From the NCBI RefSeq assembly GCF_009914755.1, contig NC_060930.1: DNA of 64,000 nucleotides; one strand, written 5' to 3'. The DNA is from the human T2T-CHM13v2.0 reference genome, Homo sapiens. Made by a program: the position numbers and the translations under genes. Numbering within the stretch: the first letter of the stretch is position 1; each line of letters starts with the position of its first letter. Below, piece by piece: positions 1 through 12,589 of the stretch. The notes beneath the pieces are model-generated. The model saw only the letters and a list, made by a program, of their open reading frames with translations. It ran no database searches and was not told the origin of the DNA.

Positions 1-184
1 GTAGACTTCTGAGAGTTTCTTTCTTTTTGGCAGTAATCAGAAGTTGGATGCTGGGTGGTTCAGAAAGAAAGGCCTAAGAGAATAAGAACTGTGATGCAAA
101 TATCAGGGCCAAAATGAAGAGATAACTCTTACTTAGTGCCCCTTTCTTTAAGTTAGGAAAATACCTTTTCTTTTTAATTCTGTC

Positions 185-376
185 ATTTGTTAAGTACTCA
201 TGTGCTAGGTTCTTCATGTACATTATCTTATTTAATCCACATTTTCCTGAGAGGTATAAATAACCACCTCCCTTTGTTTTACAGAAGGCCTCAAAAGATT
301 AAAGAATTTGCTTTTAGCTATATGCCCAGTAAATAGCCAGGTCAGGATTTGAATCCACGTCGTCACTCTAAAGCTC
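185..376 (-). mobile_element. MIR SINE (degenerate)
   Basis: ttttacagaagg...aaatagccaggtcaggatttgaatcc resembles the reverse-complemented MIR core. Confidence 0.65.
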
Positions 377-1384
377 TTTGTATTGCACAGACTTTGGCAT
401 GGAAGTTAGAAAATTCTAACTCAGTTTCTGGTGAGTTGTAGTAATTTTCTCAGCTCTTGCATTCTCTATCTGTAAAATGAGAGGATTGAGCTGAATTTTT
501 AAAGCCATTACAGGTTGTAACATTCTGTGATTCCTGGATTCTTTTTCAGATTCAAGTAGAGAATATATAGAGCTTCTACTCCTCTCTTTGTGAGCAGCCA
601 GTTGGGTTTGTATGTTAGCCAAATGATGTTATGACACCATCACCCTGTGCAGGTGTAGAAAAGGCATAGAAGGAGTATGGGTTAAAAGAAGGTACACTGT
701 GTCAACTGCTGATTCCTAAAAGAAAACCTGAAGTTTTTGAACTGCCAGTTCACAAAAGAGAACTTGAAAGTACCTGAGCATCAAAGTAGCATGGCAAGCA
801 TGGGCTGGAGAGTGTGTGGGTGGGACCTGGTATTCATAATTGTCTTTAGATACCAACATCCTTCACCTTCAAAGGCTTATTGTGCCTGAGTGAGTAAGTT
901 TCTGTGTGTGCATCTGTCTCCAGGCATTGGGGATTATGCTAGATGGTACAGTGATGACTCAGTTTCAGTTCTTTCAGGATCATATAACATTTCCAATTAA
1001 ATGGTAGACAGATGGTTATGGGAGGGACACAATGATTATTGACATAGGAGAGCTAATGAGATTACATGACATAAAAAAGAAGTATCATTATTGCAGTATT
1101 TTTATTCCATTGATATAGTACCTGTTTCTTGAAGGTGCTATACAAATAACACTGAGATAATAAGCCATTTTTAAATGTCAAAACATGGAAGAACAAGAAA
1201 GTGGCTAGGAGAAATAAATACACAGAAAAGAAGCAGTGGGGGCTTTAGAGCACTGATCACCTTAGCAGTTACTAACTGGCTACATTCATTGCACTCACTA
1301 GTGGTGCTGGAAATGGCTGGGGGCTTGACATGGAGGTCTCTTTCTTGGGCCATCTTGGTGATCACAGTGCCACATCCTGTGGTT

Positions 1385-1622
1385 GTGATTGAAGACCATG
1401 GGCTTTGTTGTCAAATGGACCTGTCCTTGCTACTTATTAGCTGTTAACTTAGAAAAAATTACCTAAACTTTCTGAACCTCAATTTCTTTATCATTAAAAT
1501 GATGTTATTTATACCTTCCTTGTTAGGGTTTTCCTGATGATTAACATAAATACGTTATACACATAAAACATTTAGTTCAGTGCCTGGCACATAATAAACG
1601 CATCATAAATGCTAGCTATTCT
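1385..1622 (+). mobile_element. MIR SINE
   Basis: ctgaacctcaatttcttt...cagtgcctggcacataataaacgcatcataaatgctagctatt matches the MIR body and 3' end. Confidence 0.75.
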
Positions 1623-2289
1623 TACGCTGAGAATATGTCAAAAGGTAATGATTCTGATGAAGTTATAGAGTATGATAGCAACACTTCCCTCTGGTTCGAA
1701 TGCTATGTCAAGTTGTAAGAATCTTGTACTTCTCTGAATTGATATAATAAACTATAATCTGTACTTCATAGAGTAGCGTTAGATTTTTAAAATATATAGA
1801 GAATAAAGACAATAATCACACTCAGATACCTACCAACAGCTTAAGAAATAAAAAATTACAGAACAAGATAGAAGACCCGTTTTTCTCCTTATCCCTTGGC
1901 CTCAAAGAGATAATCACTGTCCGAAATCTGGTATATTATTTCCTTGAATGTTTTTATCTTGTAATTATTATCATTCATGTATCCATAAACAATATGCGGT
2001 ATTCTTAACATATTTTAAATTTTTATATAAGTATTATTATACCGTGTATATCTTTCTGTAGCTCACTTGCTTTTCTCTCTCAACATTCTTTTTGAGATTT
2101 TTCTATTATACTTGTAGCCTTATTCATTTAATCACTGTAGAGCATTTTAAGATCAATTTTCTGTTAATGGACATTACCTGTCTTTGGATATTTTTGTGTG
2201 CCTCTCACCATCATACCACCCTCCCTCAATCTGAGATTTAACTGCTATTCTGAATTACGCTAATATTCAGGGGCTTTGAAAAGGTTTAA

Positions 2290-2597
<308 letters not shown>

Positions 2598-2720
2598 CTA
2601 ATTGTTGGATACTTGGTCTTTGTATGCTTATTAATTATTTTATGTGAGCGTTACATTAAAATCGTCCCCTGTAGGAAATTTGTCAGTTTCTCATCAATAT
2701 AACCATTTTTGGTTTAAGTA

Positions 2721-2931
2721 CAGTTGGCCCTTGAACAACACAAGTTTGAACTTTGTATCCCTGCTTATATGAAGCTTTTCAACCAAACCCAGATTGAAAA
2801 TACGGGATGCTAAACCTGTGTATATGGAGGACCAGTATTTAATATACGCTGGTTCAGTAGGGCTGACTGTGGAACCTGAGTATATGCGGGAGTTCTGAAA
2901 CCAGTCCCCTGTGTATACTAAGGGACGACAG
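2721..2931 (-). mobile_element. MER8-like Tigger-family MITE
   Basis: Ends cagttggcccttgaacaac ... agggacgacag; TA target duplications at 2719-2720 and 2932-2933. Confidence 0.8.
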
Positions 2932-3049
2932 TATTTTGTGGCTTTGGAGAAGCCTCTTTTACTATTTTATAATGATCCTCTTCACCTCTAATAATACTTT
3001 TGACTTAAAGTGTACATATTCTGACAGTACTCTAGCCATAGTAGCTTTC

Positions 3050-3248
3050 TGTTCATCCTCTCCTCTCCCCTCCCGTTTTTCTTTTTCTTTCCTTTTCCTT
3101 TCTTGGTTCTTTTTTTTCCTCTTCTCCTCTCCCTCTCCCCCTCCCCTCCCTTTTCTCCTCTCTCTGCTTTCTCTGTTCCTGTCCTGTCCTGTCCTCCCTT
3201 CCCCTTGCCCTGCCCTTTCCCCTTCCCTTTCCCCCTCTTTCTTTCTTA
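3050..3248 (+). repeat. CT-rich polypyrimidine low-complexity tract
   Basis: About 200 nt almost entirely C/T, adjoining the 3' side of an antisense Alu. Confidence 0.9.
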
Positions 3249-3447
3249 CTCCTGGACTCAAGAGATACTCCCAAGTAGCTGAGACTACAAGTGTGCACCA
3301 CCACCCTCAGCTCATTTTTTAAAACTTTTAGAGATGAGGTCTTGCTGTGTTGCCCATGTTCGTCTCAAACTTCAGGCCTCAAGCAGTCCTCCCGCCTCAG
3401 TCTTCAAAAATGCTAAGATTATAGGCGTGAGCTACTGTGCCCTGCCT
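3249..3447 (-). mobile_element. Alu (AluJ-type), partial
   Basis: gagatgaggtcttgctgtgttgccc...gattataggcgtgagctactgtgccc. Confidence 0.85.
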
Positions 3448-3489
3448 GTTCATTTATATTTATTTGCCAGGTACATTTTTTTTTATATA

Positions 3490-3723
3490 CGATTGTGTTA
3501 TACTTGGGAGATTGGCTACAGGACTCCCCTGCATATACCAAAATCTGTGCATACTCAGGTTCATCAGTCTGCACTGCAGAACCATCGTATATGGAAAGTA
3601 GGCCTTCCATATATGATTTTTGCATCCCGTGAATATTGTATTTTTGATCTGCATTTGGTTGAAAAAAATCCACGTGCAAGTGGACCCACACGGTTCAAAC
3701 CCATGATGTTCAAGGATTAACTA
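3490..3723 (+). mobile_element. MER8-like Tigger-family MITE
   Basis: ataccaaaatctgtgcatactcagg...gtggacccacacggttcaaacccatgatgttcaaggattaact. Confidence 0.8.
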
Positions 3724-4288
3724 TACTTTAACATTTTGTTTATCCTCTCATATTTATGTTTTTAGTATGTCCCTTGTAAATTGAATACAACTGGACTTCA
3801 TTTAGTCCAAATATTCTGCCTTTTAGCTGATAAGTTCAGTCTGTTTACATTTATTACCATTACTGACATATTTGTACTTATTTCTACCATCTTATTATGT
3901 GTTTTCTGTTTACTCTGCTGTTTTCTCTGCTGCCTTTTTCCTTATGACCTTTCCTTCTGAAAAGTTTGAAAAACTATTCTTTATTCCCTTTTTCCTTCTG
4001 ATTACCCTTAAATTTTTAACATGCGTCTTTGGCTTTGCACAGAATGTTAAAATCAGTATGTTTGCATTCTTCTGAATAATAAGGGACCTTGGAAAACTTT
4101 TAACTCTAGTACCTTCCACTAATCTTAAACGTTTTTGACCAGTGTTTTACTCCCATGGTTTTTTAGTCACCCAGATCAGTCTTTATTATTGGTGTTGTTG
4201 CATTTAATTTTTGTACCAACTTCCATTGTTTTCTAATCCTCAGAGACTGTGAACTCCTTAATTAAGCTCGTTTTCTATTTTTCTTCAG

Positions 4289-4471
4289 ATTTTCAAAAGA
4301 AACAGCCAGACGATGATTCCGCTCCAAGTACAAGTAACAGCCAATCAGATTTGTTTTCCGAAGAGACCACCAGTGACAACAACAATACCTCGATAACCAC
4401 GCCAACTCTTAGTCCCAGCCAGCAGCCGCTTCCGACAGAACTGAATGTAACTTCACCGAGTAAAGAGGAGT
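4289..4471 (+). CDS. ZFAND3: ZFAND3 internal coding exon (probably exon 3), S/T/P-rich linker (D)FQKKQPDDDSAPSTSNSQSDLFSEETTSDNNNTSITTPTLSPSQQPLPTELNVTSPSKEE(C)
   Basis: Polypyrimidine tract ttttctatttttcttcAG ends at 4288; donor T|gtaagt at 4472; 183 nt, phase 1/1; peptide recognised as ZFAND3 and continues in frame into the next exon. Exon number is from memory of the gene structure. Confidence 0.96.
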
Positions 4472-4696
4472 GTAAGTGTCTGGCTTCTGAGGGGTGGTAG
4501 AGAGAGCAGCTTAAGAACTTTAGATGAGCATCTTGGTAATGCCTGACCCCAGAAAAAACAGCACTTCTTTTAATTCAAGATAAGTGTCCACATACAAGGC
4601 CCAAGCTCAGCAAGTTAGAGAATAAGTTTCAGCCATTCCTGAAGAAATAGCCTTTTATACCGTCAAAGTACATGAAGTTTGAACCAGTCTAGAGAG

Positions 4697-4862
4697 CAGT
4701 GGCTCTCACCTATGTCTGCACATTAGAATCCACTGGGGGTTTTTAAAACAATTTTAATCTTTAGCACCATTCCCTCGTTCTCATTTAATTGATCTGGAGG
4801 GAGGCCCAGGGATCTGTTATTTTTAACTCCGCAGAGGATTTCTAATATGCAGCAAGGGACCA
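4697..4862. mobile_element. MER5-like hAT-Charlie MITE
   Basis: cagtggctctca...ctgcacattagaatc...gatttctaatatgcagc. Confidence 0.6.
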
Positions 4863-5087
4863 GTAAGGGATTCTAACCCTAAAACCCTAATTTAGGAGCC
4901 TTAGATTGAAGCTTTACCTCTGTCACTAACTGGGCCTTGACTGTTTCTAAGCATTTAACTGAGATAGCACTATACTTCATAGAACATAGGATGTTTAAAG
5001 GAAGGAGGAGATGGTATTACTCTTCTGTAAGTCTTCAGTGTTGGAATGCTATTATGTAGGTTAGAAGTTCACTGTCTACTTAATTTC

Positions 5088-5395
<308 letters not shown>

Positions 5396-5539
5396 TAATA
5401 TACATCTCTTTCCCTCCATCCCCCATCCCTGGCGGTATGTGAGATATACATCTCTTTTAGGGCACAAATATAGTTGATAGTATTTGTTGAAAATTATAGG
5501 GATATTATGACATAGTAGTTTTTGCCTTTTAAAAGCTCT

Positions 5540-5775
5540 ACTTGGCCAAGCCAGGAGGATTGCTTGAGGCCAGGAATTTGAGACCAGCCTAGACAACATG
5601 GTGAGACTCTTGTCTCTACCAAAAAAAAAAAAAAATTAGCCAGGCGTGGTGGTGTGTGTTTATGGTCCCAGCTACTTGGGAAGCTGAGGCAGGAGGATCT
5701 CTTGAGCCCAGGAGTTCAGGGTTACAGTGGACTGTGGTCTTAACCATTACACTGCAGCCTTGTGAGACCTGGCCT
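5540..5775 (+). mobile_element. Alu (AluJ-type), 5' truncated
   Basis: ggaggattgcttgaggccaggaatttgagaccagcc... and right arm. Confidence 0.88.
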
Positions 5776-6022
5776 TTTTTTTCTTTGAAAGCTAAGTTGA
5801 AATTTAGTATTTCAAGTTTCATGAATATCTAGAAACACAGTAGGTTAGAATGTTCTGTGTTCTGTATACTAACTTTGGAAAGGTTAGCAGAAAACAAATA
5901 TTTATCTAAATCTGTCATAAACTGCTATATTTGGTAATATCGAGAATATAAAATAAGCAAGGTCATAGTCTTTGTCCTCAAAGAATTTGAAGGGGAAATT
6001 AAATATATTTGTTGTAGTTTAT

Positions 6023-6189
6023 CAGTGGTTATCAACCAAGAGTGATCTCCCACCCCACAGCCCCAGAACATTTGATAATGTCTGGAGACCAGGAATGCTG
6101 CTAAATGTCCTGCATCACATAGGACAGTCCTCTGCAACAAAAAATCATTCAGCTCACGATACCAGTAATGATGAGCTTGACAAACCCTG
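6023..6189 (+). mobile_element. MER20 (hAT-Charlie), internally deleted
   Basis: cagtggttatcaacc...acatttgataatgtctggagac...atgctgctaaatgtcct...gacaaaccctg. Confidence 0.8.
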
Positions 6190-6979
6190 ATACATGTTTG
6201 CATACACCCATGTTGGTCCTTATGTATTAAAGACAGCAACTGTTGAAGGGCATTGACCTACTGAGGAAGTGGTGGTAAAGATGGATAGAAGGTGGTGAAG
6301 AGACATACTAGACAGAGTAGAATGAGCTGTGGAAGGAAAGCTGCATGGAGTTTCTCAATGGCAAATGACTGTCTTAGGGCCATTTGTGGAAGAGAATGAA
6401 AGACAAGGCTGGAAGGGTAAGTTGTGGCCAAGACATAGAGGCTAAATGTCCAGCTAAGCTATTTGGACTTGAGACAGTAGCCATGTTTTTGAGCAGAGGA
6501 GGTGATATTATTACAGTTCTTTGGAGAAGTAACCTTGGTTGTATTGAAAATGGAAAGGATTAAACAGGAATAACATTGCAAAGAAAGAATTTTTTAAATA
6601 TTATAACTTATTGAATAGAGGCCAAGGTGTAGAAATCATATAAGAGGAGAAAAAAAAAAACGGTGAAAATGGTAGTGGTCATGCTAAGGCAGTAGATTTT
6701 GTTTTGTTTTAAAAAATCTTTTCAAGATCATGTACTTACTGAGGAGTTGATGACAGCTGTGGCCTCTTGTCCTAGAAAAATATACACCATCCATTTATAC
6801 CCAATTTTGCATAAAATTTCTCTACAGCTTATTATGGCCCTTGGGTTAAGAACTCCTGGTCTAAGGAAAAAGTTGGTCAGGATCTCATCTGATGGAAACT
6901 GGATTGGATTCGTGCATACCAGGATCGGGCCACCACAAATCAATTCAAGCCACCAAAATGCATGTGAGGCTGAGATAAC

Positions 6980-7210
6980 AGTAGCTACCATTTATTGAGC
7001 ACTTTGTATATGAGACATTATTCTACATGCATATTTTCTCATTGTTTTTCGTGATAACCCAATGAGGTAGATAGTGTCATTATACTCATTCCATAGATGA
7101 GGAATTAGACACAAAAAGATTAAGTAATTTGCCTGTGGTCACAAACGAGTAGATACCAGAACCAGGATTCAAATTTAGGCATTTGGCTTCAGAGTTCATA
7201 CTTTTAATCA
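6980..7210 (-). mobile_element. MIR SINE
   Basis: catttattgagcac...atagatgaggaatt...aagtaatttgcctgtggtcaca. Confidence 0.75.
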
Positions 7211-7733
7211 GTTAATTCACAATGTGAAATACAACTGTCATAGAGAATAATATTTGTGTGGGCAAGAGGAATGCTTTCTCTCCCTGTCATTAAGATATGT
7301 GGAAATCCACATCATAACCAAGAGTTACTTGCCAGTTTAGGCCACTGTAGACTGCTATGGGCTTTTTTTTTTTTTTTTTTTTAATATGAATACCTTCAGC
7401 CTGATTAAAGATGTCTAGTTCTACTAGCTTCGTTTCCTTTCTCTCTCTTCTTGGTGACATCATTGCTTTGAACCATTGTATGTTTCTCTTAGACTTATAC
7501 TCTCTGAAGCTAATCTCTTTCCTAATTCCTCAAGTTTCTACAGATCTAGGGAAATGAGATTTGCCAGTTGGAGATATGGTGATGACTTAAGTTTGTATTG
7601 TGTGCAACTGGGCAGGTTGAGTTGGAGCTCAGAGGAGTGAAGTCAAGATTGGCTTCATCCACATGGAGATGATAGTTTAAGCCATAGGTGTTAAGTGAGG
7701 TTGCCAAGAGTGAGAGCAAAGAAAAGCAGGGAG

Positions 7734-8029
7734 GGCTGGGCACATGGCTCACGCCTGTAATCCCAGCATTTTGGGAGGCCGATGCGAGCAGATCACAAGG
7801 TGAAGAGATCAAGACCATCCTGGCCAACCTGGTGAAACCCCGTCTCTACAAAAATACAAAAATTAGCCGAGCATGGTAGTGCGCACCTGTAGTCCCAGCT
7901 ACTCGGGAGGCTGAGGCAGGGGAATCACTTGAACCCGGGAGGTGAGGTTGCAGTGAGCCGAGATCACTCCACTGCACTCCAGCCTGGCGACAGAGTGGGA
8001 CTCTGTCTCACAAAAAAAAAAAAGAAAGA
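7734..8029 (+). mobile_element. Alu (AluSc-like) inserted in an L2 relic
   Basis: Full dimer; target-site duplication aaagaaaagcag(g/t)gag on both sides. Confidence 0.95.
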
Positions 8030-8169
8030 AAAGAAAAGCAGTGAGGATAAACCTGTGAGTGAAACTTCTGCACTTAAGGAGCAAAAAGGATAGAGGAGGC
8101 AACTGAAGAAGTCAGGAGGAGAATGATAGTGGGCAAGGTCACAAAAGCCAAAGAACGAATTTCAGTTTA

Positions 8170-8430
8170 GATAATAATAATGTTAGCTCACATTTATGAA
8201 ACATTTGCTATATTCTAGACATTCTTCAAAGTTCTTTAGATGCGGTAACATTTAATTTTCAATATAGCCTATTAGGGTAGGTGCTTTTATTATACTTGTT
8301 TTTACAGATGAGGACATTAAAACTTAGAGAGGTTCATTAACTTTCTGCCCTAAGTTATAGAGCTATTGCAAGGCAGTGAAGCCCATGCTCTTAACACATG
8401 AATTTGGATCTAGAGCCTATGCTTTCAGTC
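8170..8430 (-). mobile_element. MIR SINE
   Basis: tttacagatgaggacattaaaacttagagagg core. Confidence 0.7.
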
Positions 8431-9812
8431 ACTATAAGATATTGTCACAATATTATGAAAATGCTACCGAGGCTGTAAACTGACAAAGAGGCACTTGGAT
8501 TTGGTGATCATAAGAGGGATTACCTAAATAAACTATTTAATAAACTGTTTCAGTGGTTTGTATATTCATTTAGCAGTCTTTGCTGAGTGTCTGCTGTATG
8601 TTAGACACTAAGTTAAGTGCTGAGTATAGAAATGAGTAAGATTAGGTCTTTATAAATAAGGAGGTCACCTTTTTGACTACATATGTCTCTCCCTGGGAGT
8701 CTGGCTTGTTCTCCCCAACAGGTGCATAAGAATTTTGGGGTGGAAGGGGGGAAGTAGCTAGTAGTGGTTAACAGGCATGTCATTTGCAAAGCTTTTTCAG
8801 GTCAGCTTTGCTCCCTCACCTAGGTTGAAAGCAGCTGTGCTAGAGTGAGGAAGATGTGTGCCAGATTTGGGGGTTGAGAATATGGCGTAAGAAAAGTACC
8901 TTGAGTTTGTTAAGAGCTGTCAGGGTGGATGCTTTAAAAATCAATGGGAGATAAAGTGATTGCCTAGTAGCAGTGAAGACCCAAGTGAGACACTAAACAG
9001 CCTGATCCATCTACATCTTGCAAATTTTTTAAGCTGTGATCTACCAAGGTGACAAAGGATGGCGGAAGAGGCAGCAGGAGATTGCCTATGTTGATATTTT
9101 AGTATCCTCAAGGGACCAGAATTTCATCTGTGGGTTCCTTCTTAGCTTCTCCTGAAGAGATGTGGAGAAGTAAGATGTAGCAGTTGTTGGAAAATGAATT
9201 TGGGATGCCAAATCCAAGTACCGTGAAATTTGTAAACTATTTAGTAGTTATGGATCCATTGTTATTGCATAGAGCTAGAAGTGCTACATTTTGTTTGGGG
9301 CTTGTGGAAGGTTTTATTATTTTTTTTCCTAATGTACAAGAAAACAGATGTTGCTTAAATCTACTTTCACCTTCTTACTATCAACATGAACTTGAACTAT
9401 GAACATATCAACAGAAAGTGGTGAGAGTCTGGGTACATTTTCTTTTGAAAAGACTGCAGATAGAGCAATAACTATTGACAAAAGTATGTAAAACTTAGAA
9501 ACAGGACTAATTTTTACCCAAAAGAATTTCTTAATACGCTTCCCTGCAGGTAAATGAAGCAGGTATCTAAAAGCTCTTAAGTGATATTTCTGTATCTGAA
9601 CATAAACATATGTCTCCCTGTCCCAAACTGTGTGTGTCTGCAGAAGAGTCCATGGAGCTTAGCCGTTGGAAGCCTTTTCCAAAAATATGTAAACAAAATT
9701 CAAATAGTGACTAAAGGACTTGTTACAGCATTTAAATGCGATAGTAATGGTAACGGCTCACAACAAGTATCCTTGCTAAGTACCAGGCACTGTTCCAAGT
9801 ACCTTATATGCA

Positions 9813-10007
9813 CAATCATCCCTCATTATACACAGGGGATTCGGCGCATACTCAAGTCTCACAGTCAGCCCTGTGGAACCCACTTAGTGAAAAGTTGGCC
9901 CTCCATATATGTGGGCAATACTTATTTTCCATCTGTATTTGGTTGAAAAAAATGTGCATCTAAGTGGACCCACACAGTTCAAACTGCTCTTGTTCAAGGA
10001 TCAACTG
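9813..10007 (+). mobile_element. MER8-like MITE nested in a MIR
   Basis: catactcaagtctcacagtcagccctgtggaaccc...gttcaaggatcaactg followed by TA; MIR halves on either side. Confidence 0.8.
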
Positions 10008-10865
10008 TATTAACTTACTTCATCTTCATAATTACCCTGTAAGGCAGGTACTTCTATTTTATCCATTTCACAGGTGTGAAGATGGAGGCACAGGATGATT
10101 ATCTTGCCCAAGATCACAGAGCACTCTGGCTCCAAGGGCCTGGGTCTCTGCCACCACACCATAGCTGCCATTCTCTATCATGATTTACGATCTAAAGGAC
10201 ATTGCATGCAAATTAGGCTATACAGTGGAAGGTGTGTTGGACAAACTCTTAAAAAGAATAAAACATTTCTTTCTGCTTTTGCTACTGCCTATTTACTGTT
10301 CTCCCAGTTTTTAGATTTTTTCTGAGGGAGATAAAGTGTGATTTGTAGTTAAGTTTTTTGACCCAACTTTTGCAGAGAGAAAGGATAATGCCAGGTTGTA
10401 GTTAGAACGCTGGAATCAGTTGTTTTGTTGTTCTCAAGTACAGGCAGATGATTGCTCACAAGATGAGGAAGTGCCCTCTTAGCTCTTTATACAAGTCAGC
10501 TTTTCTGTTGTTATGCTTTTAAAGGCCTGAGCATCCCTATTTATGACCTGTTTGGTAACATGATGTGCATGTCTACCTGAGTTTTTGGATTTTTCTTCCC
10601 AGTCCCACTAGCATATTGAATGGAAATGGAGGTGTTTGGGGGGTCATGGCTGGTCTGTCTCTTTCTAGGCAGGAGAGGAAGAGAACTGATACCTGCTGCT
10701 AGGGAGGATTAATGGCAAGAAATGGACTTGTTTTCAAATAGTCTGATATTCTAAACTAGCAGTTAGAGAGTACCTATCTCATACAAAACAGTCTTCTAAG
10801 CTCTGTGGAGGTACATACTAAGAATTAAACAGCAACCAGCTCTTACATAAAACTATAGTTTACAA

Positions 10866-11168
10866 CAGGGGTTGACAAGCTATAGCCTACAGGCCAAATC
10901 CAGCCTATCATCTGTTTTTATGCTGCCCACAAGCTAAGAATGATTTTTATTCTTTTAAACAACTGAAAAAAATCAAATAAATATTTTGTGAAATGTGGGA
11001 AATACATGAAATTCCAAATTCAGTGTTTATAAGTAAAGTTTGATTGGAACACAGCCCCACTCATTTGTTACTGTATTGTCTGTGGCTGCTTCTGTGCTAC
11101 AATAGCAGAGTTGGGTAGTTGCTGTGGAGACCCAATGGCCTATTACAGAAAAAGTTTGCAAAACCCTG
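10866..11168 (+). mobile_element. MER58B-like hAT-Charlie element
   Basis: caggggttgacaagctatagcctacaggccaaatccagcc...ggaacacagccccactcatttg...aaagtttgcaaaaccctg. Confidence 0.8.
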
Positions 11169-12589
11169 TTTTATAGAGTTCTTTGATACACATGTTCCTA
11201 GAATCATCTTGACAGTGTGCAGCATAGGTAGGGCAAATATTCTCCTTCCTATTCTATAGATGAAAAAGGGAGGTTTAGATAGTGACCCTCCTTAAGTCCC
11301 AAGAGAGGGCCACAACTGAACTCTGGGCCTTTTGCATCTATAATACGGGACTCTGGTTTTTTTCCTGCTCTTGTCTACTGCATCCACCCAAGACATACTT
11401 TTGTTGTAGTAAAATAAAATATACAGAAAAAGTGAGAACCATATTAACTGGCATGTTAGTGAGGATTTTTAATGACTAAAGCTTCATTTCCAGGTGCTGA
11501 CTGGATTTTCCTTTAATATGACACTGATTCCCAAAATAGAAATTTCAGAACGTACTCCACCTCTGGTTAAATTAATTTGGTTGAACACAGATTTCCATTG
11601 TTTCCTTGGAAACTGGTTTCTGGTGATATCGTAGCTCCCTCAGGGATATTTAAAAAATGGTAGTGCCTTTTAACAGATGTCCTTGCTAGACTGCCCCGGG
11701 TCTTTGAACATCCATTGGGCGTCATTGGCTACATATCTTCATTTCTGTCTGACAAGCCTTAATCTGTTCCCTGGAAATTTAGTATCACTGCCACCAAGCG
11801 GCTAAACTTCTGATTTGTTTGTTTTTACCAATTAAATTTCTAATAATCTCTAAATGAAACCAGTGTTCCCTTTTTCAGACTATGCCTACTTCAGGAGGCC
11901 AGATATTGGGCAAAACAGGCTGGTTTCTTCTAGTAAAGCATTTAGATAATATTGCCTATTAAAAAATATTTTATGACTTCCTGCTGGGCTGGTTTTAAGT
12001 GAAATATGGTGGGGAGATTTATTTACAGTTCTCTGTGTGTGTGTCTTTCTCTTTGCTTTTCTCTAATGAAGCTCAAAGCATCAGGCCATTTATCAGAGAT
12101 AATTATACAACAGATGGAGTTTTTCCGATATATAATAGTCTCAAAGTGGAAGATTCTTTCCCATAATGAAGAATGCCCAAACTTTAAATGTCTCTTTTGA
12201 TTTTAATTTAACGGTTTTTTTTTCCCCAGTGCATTTATTCATTCATCCCAAAGCTGGTTCTGCAAAGCATGCTGCTTTTATTAGGGCTGTGTTCTGAAAA
12301 GATTGATACTTTGCAGTACAGTATAATAATGTACAGTTATATGCTATATTGAAGTGAAGAGCCATAATTTATCAAAAATCAATGTGTGAGATCATTAAGT
12401 TAATCTCTGTCAAAATACAGGAGTTGAGCAGTTCAGCAGTGTTTTCTTATAGAAATTCTTTCTGTTCCATAATGTCAGTTGGATAGGAACTTGTTTAAGT
12501 ACTGGTAGTATCATCTGACCTTCCATTTGTAGTCAAAATAAGAACCAGATTAAAGCAAAACCATGATTTTTAAGTTATTCATTTTCTGG

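Noticed and set aside
2936-3322. 100-128 aa ORFs on both strands (F/S/P/L-rich or R/E/G/K-rich)
   Set aside because: Translations of a CT-rich low-complexity tract plus Alu; no coding signal
4249-4500. ORF extensions around the true exons (also 59224-59529)
   Set aside because: Only the portions between splice sites are coding; the flanks are intronic read-through
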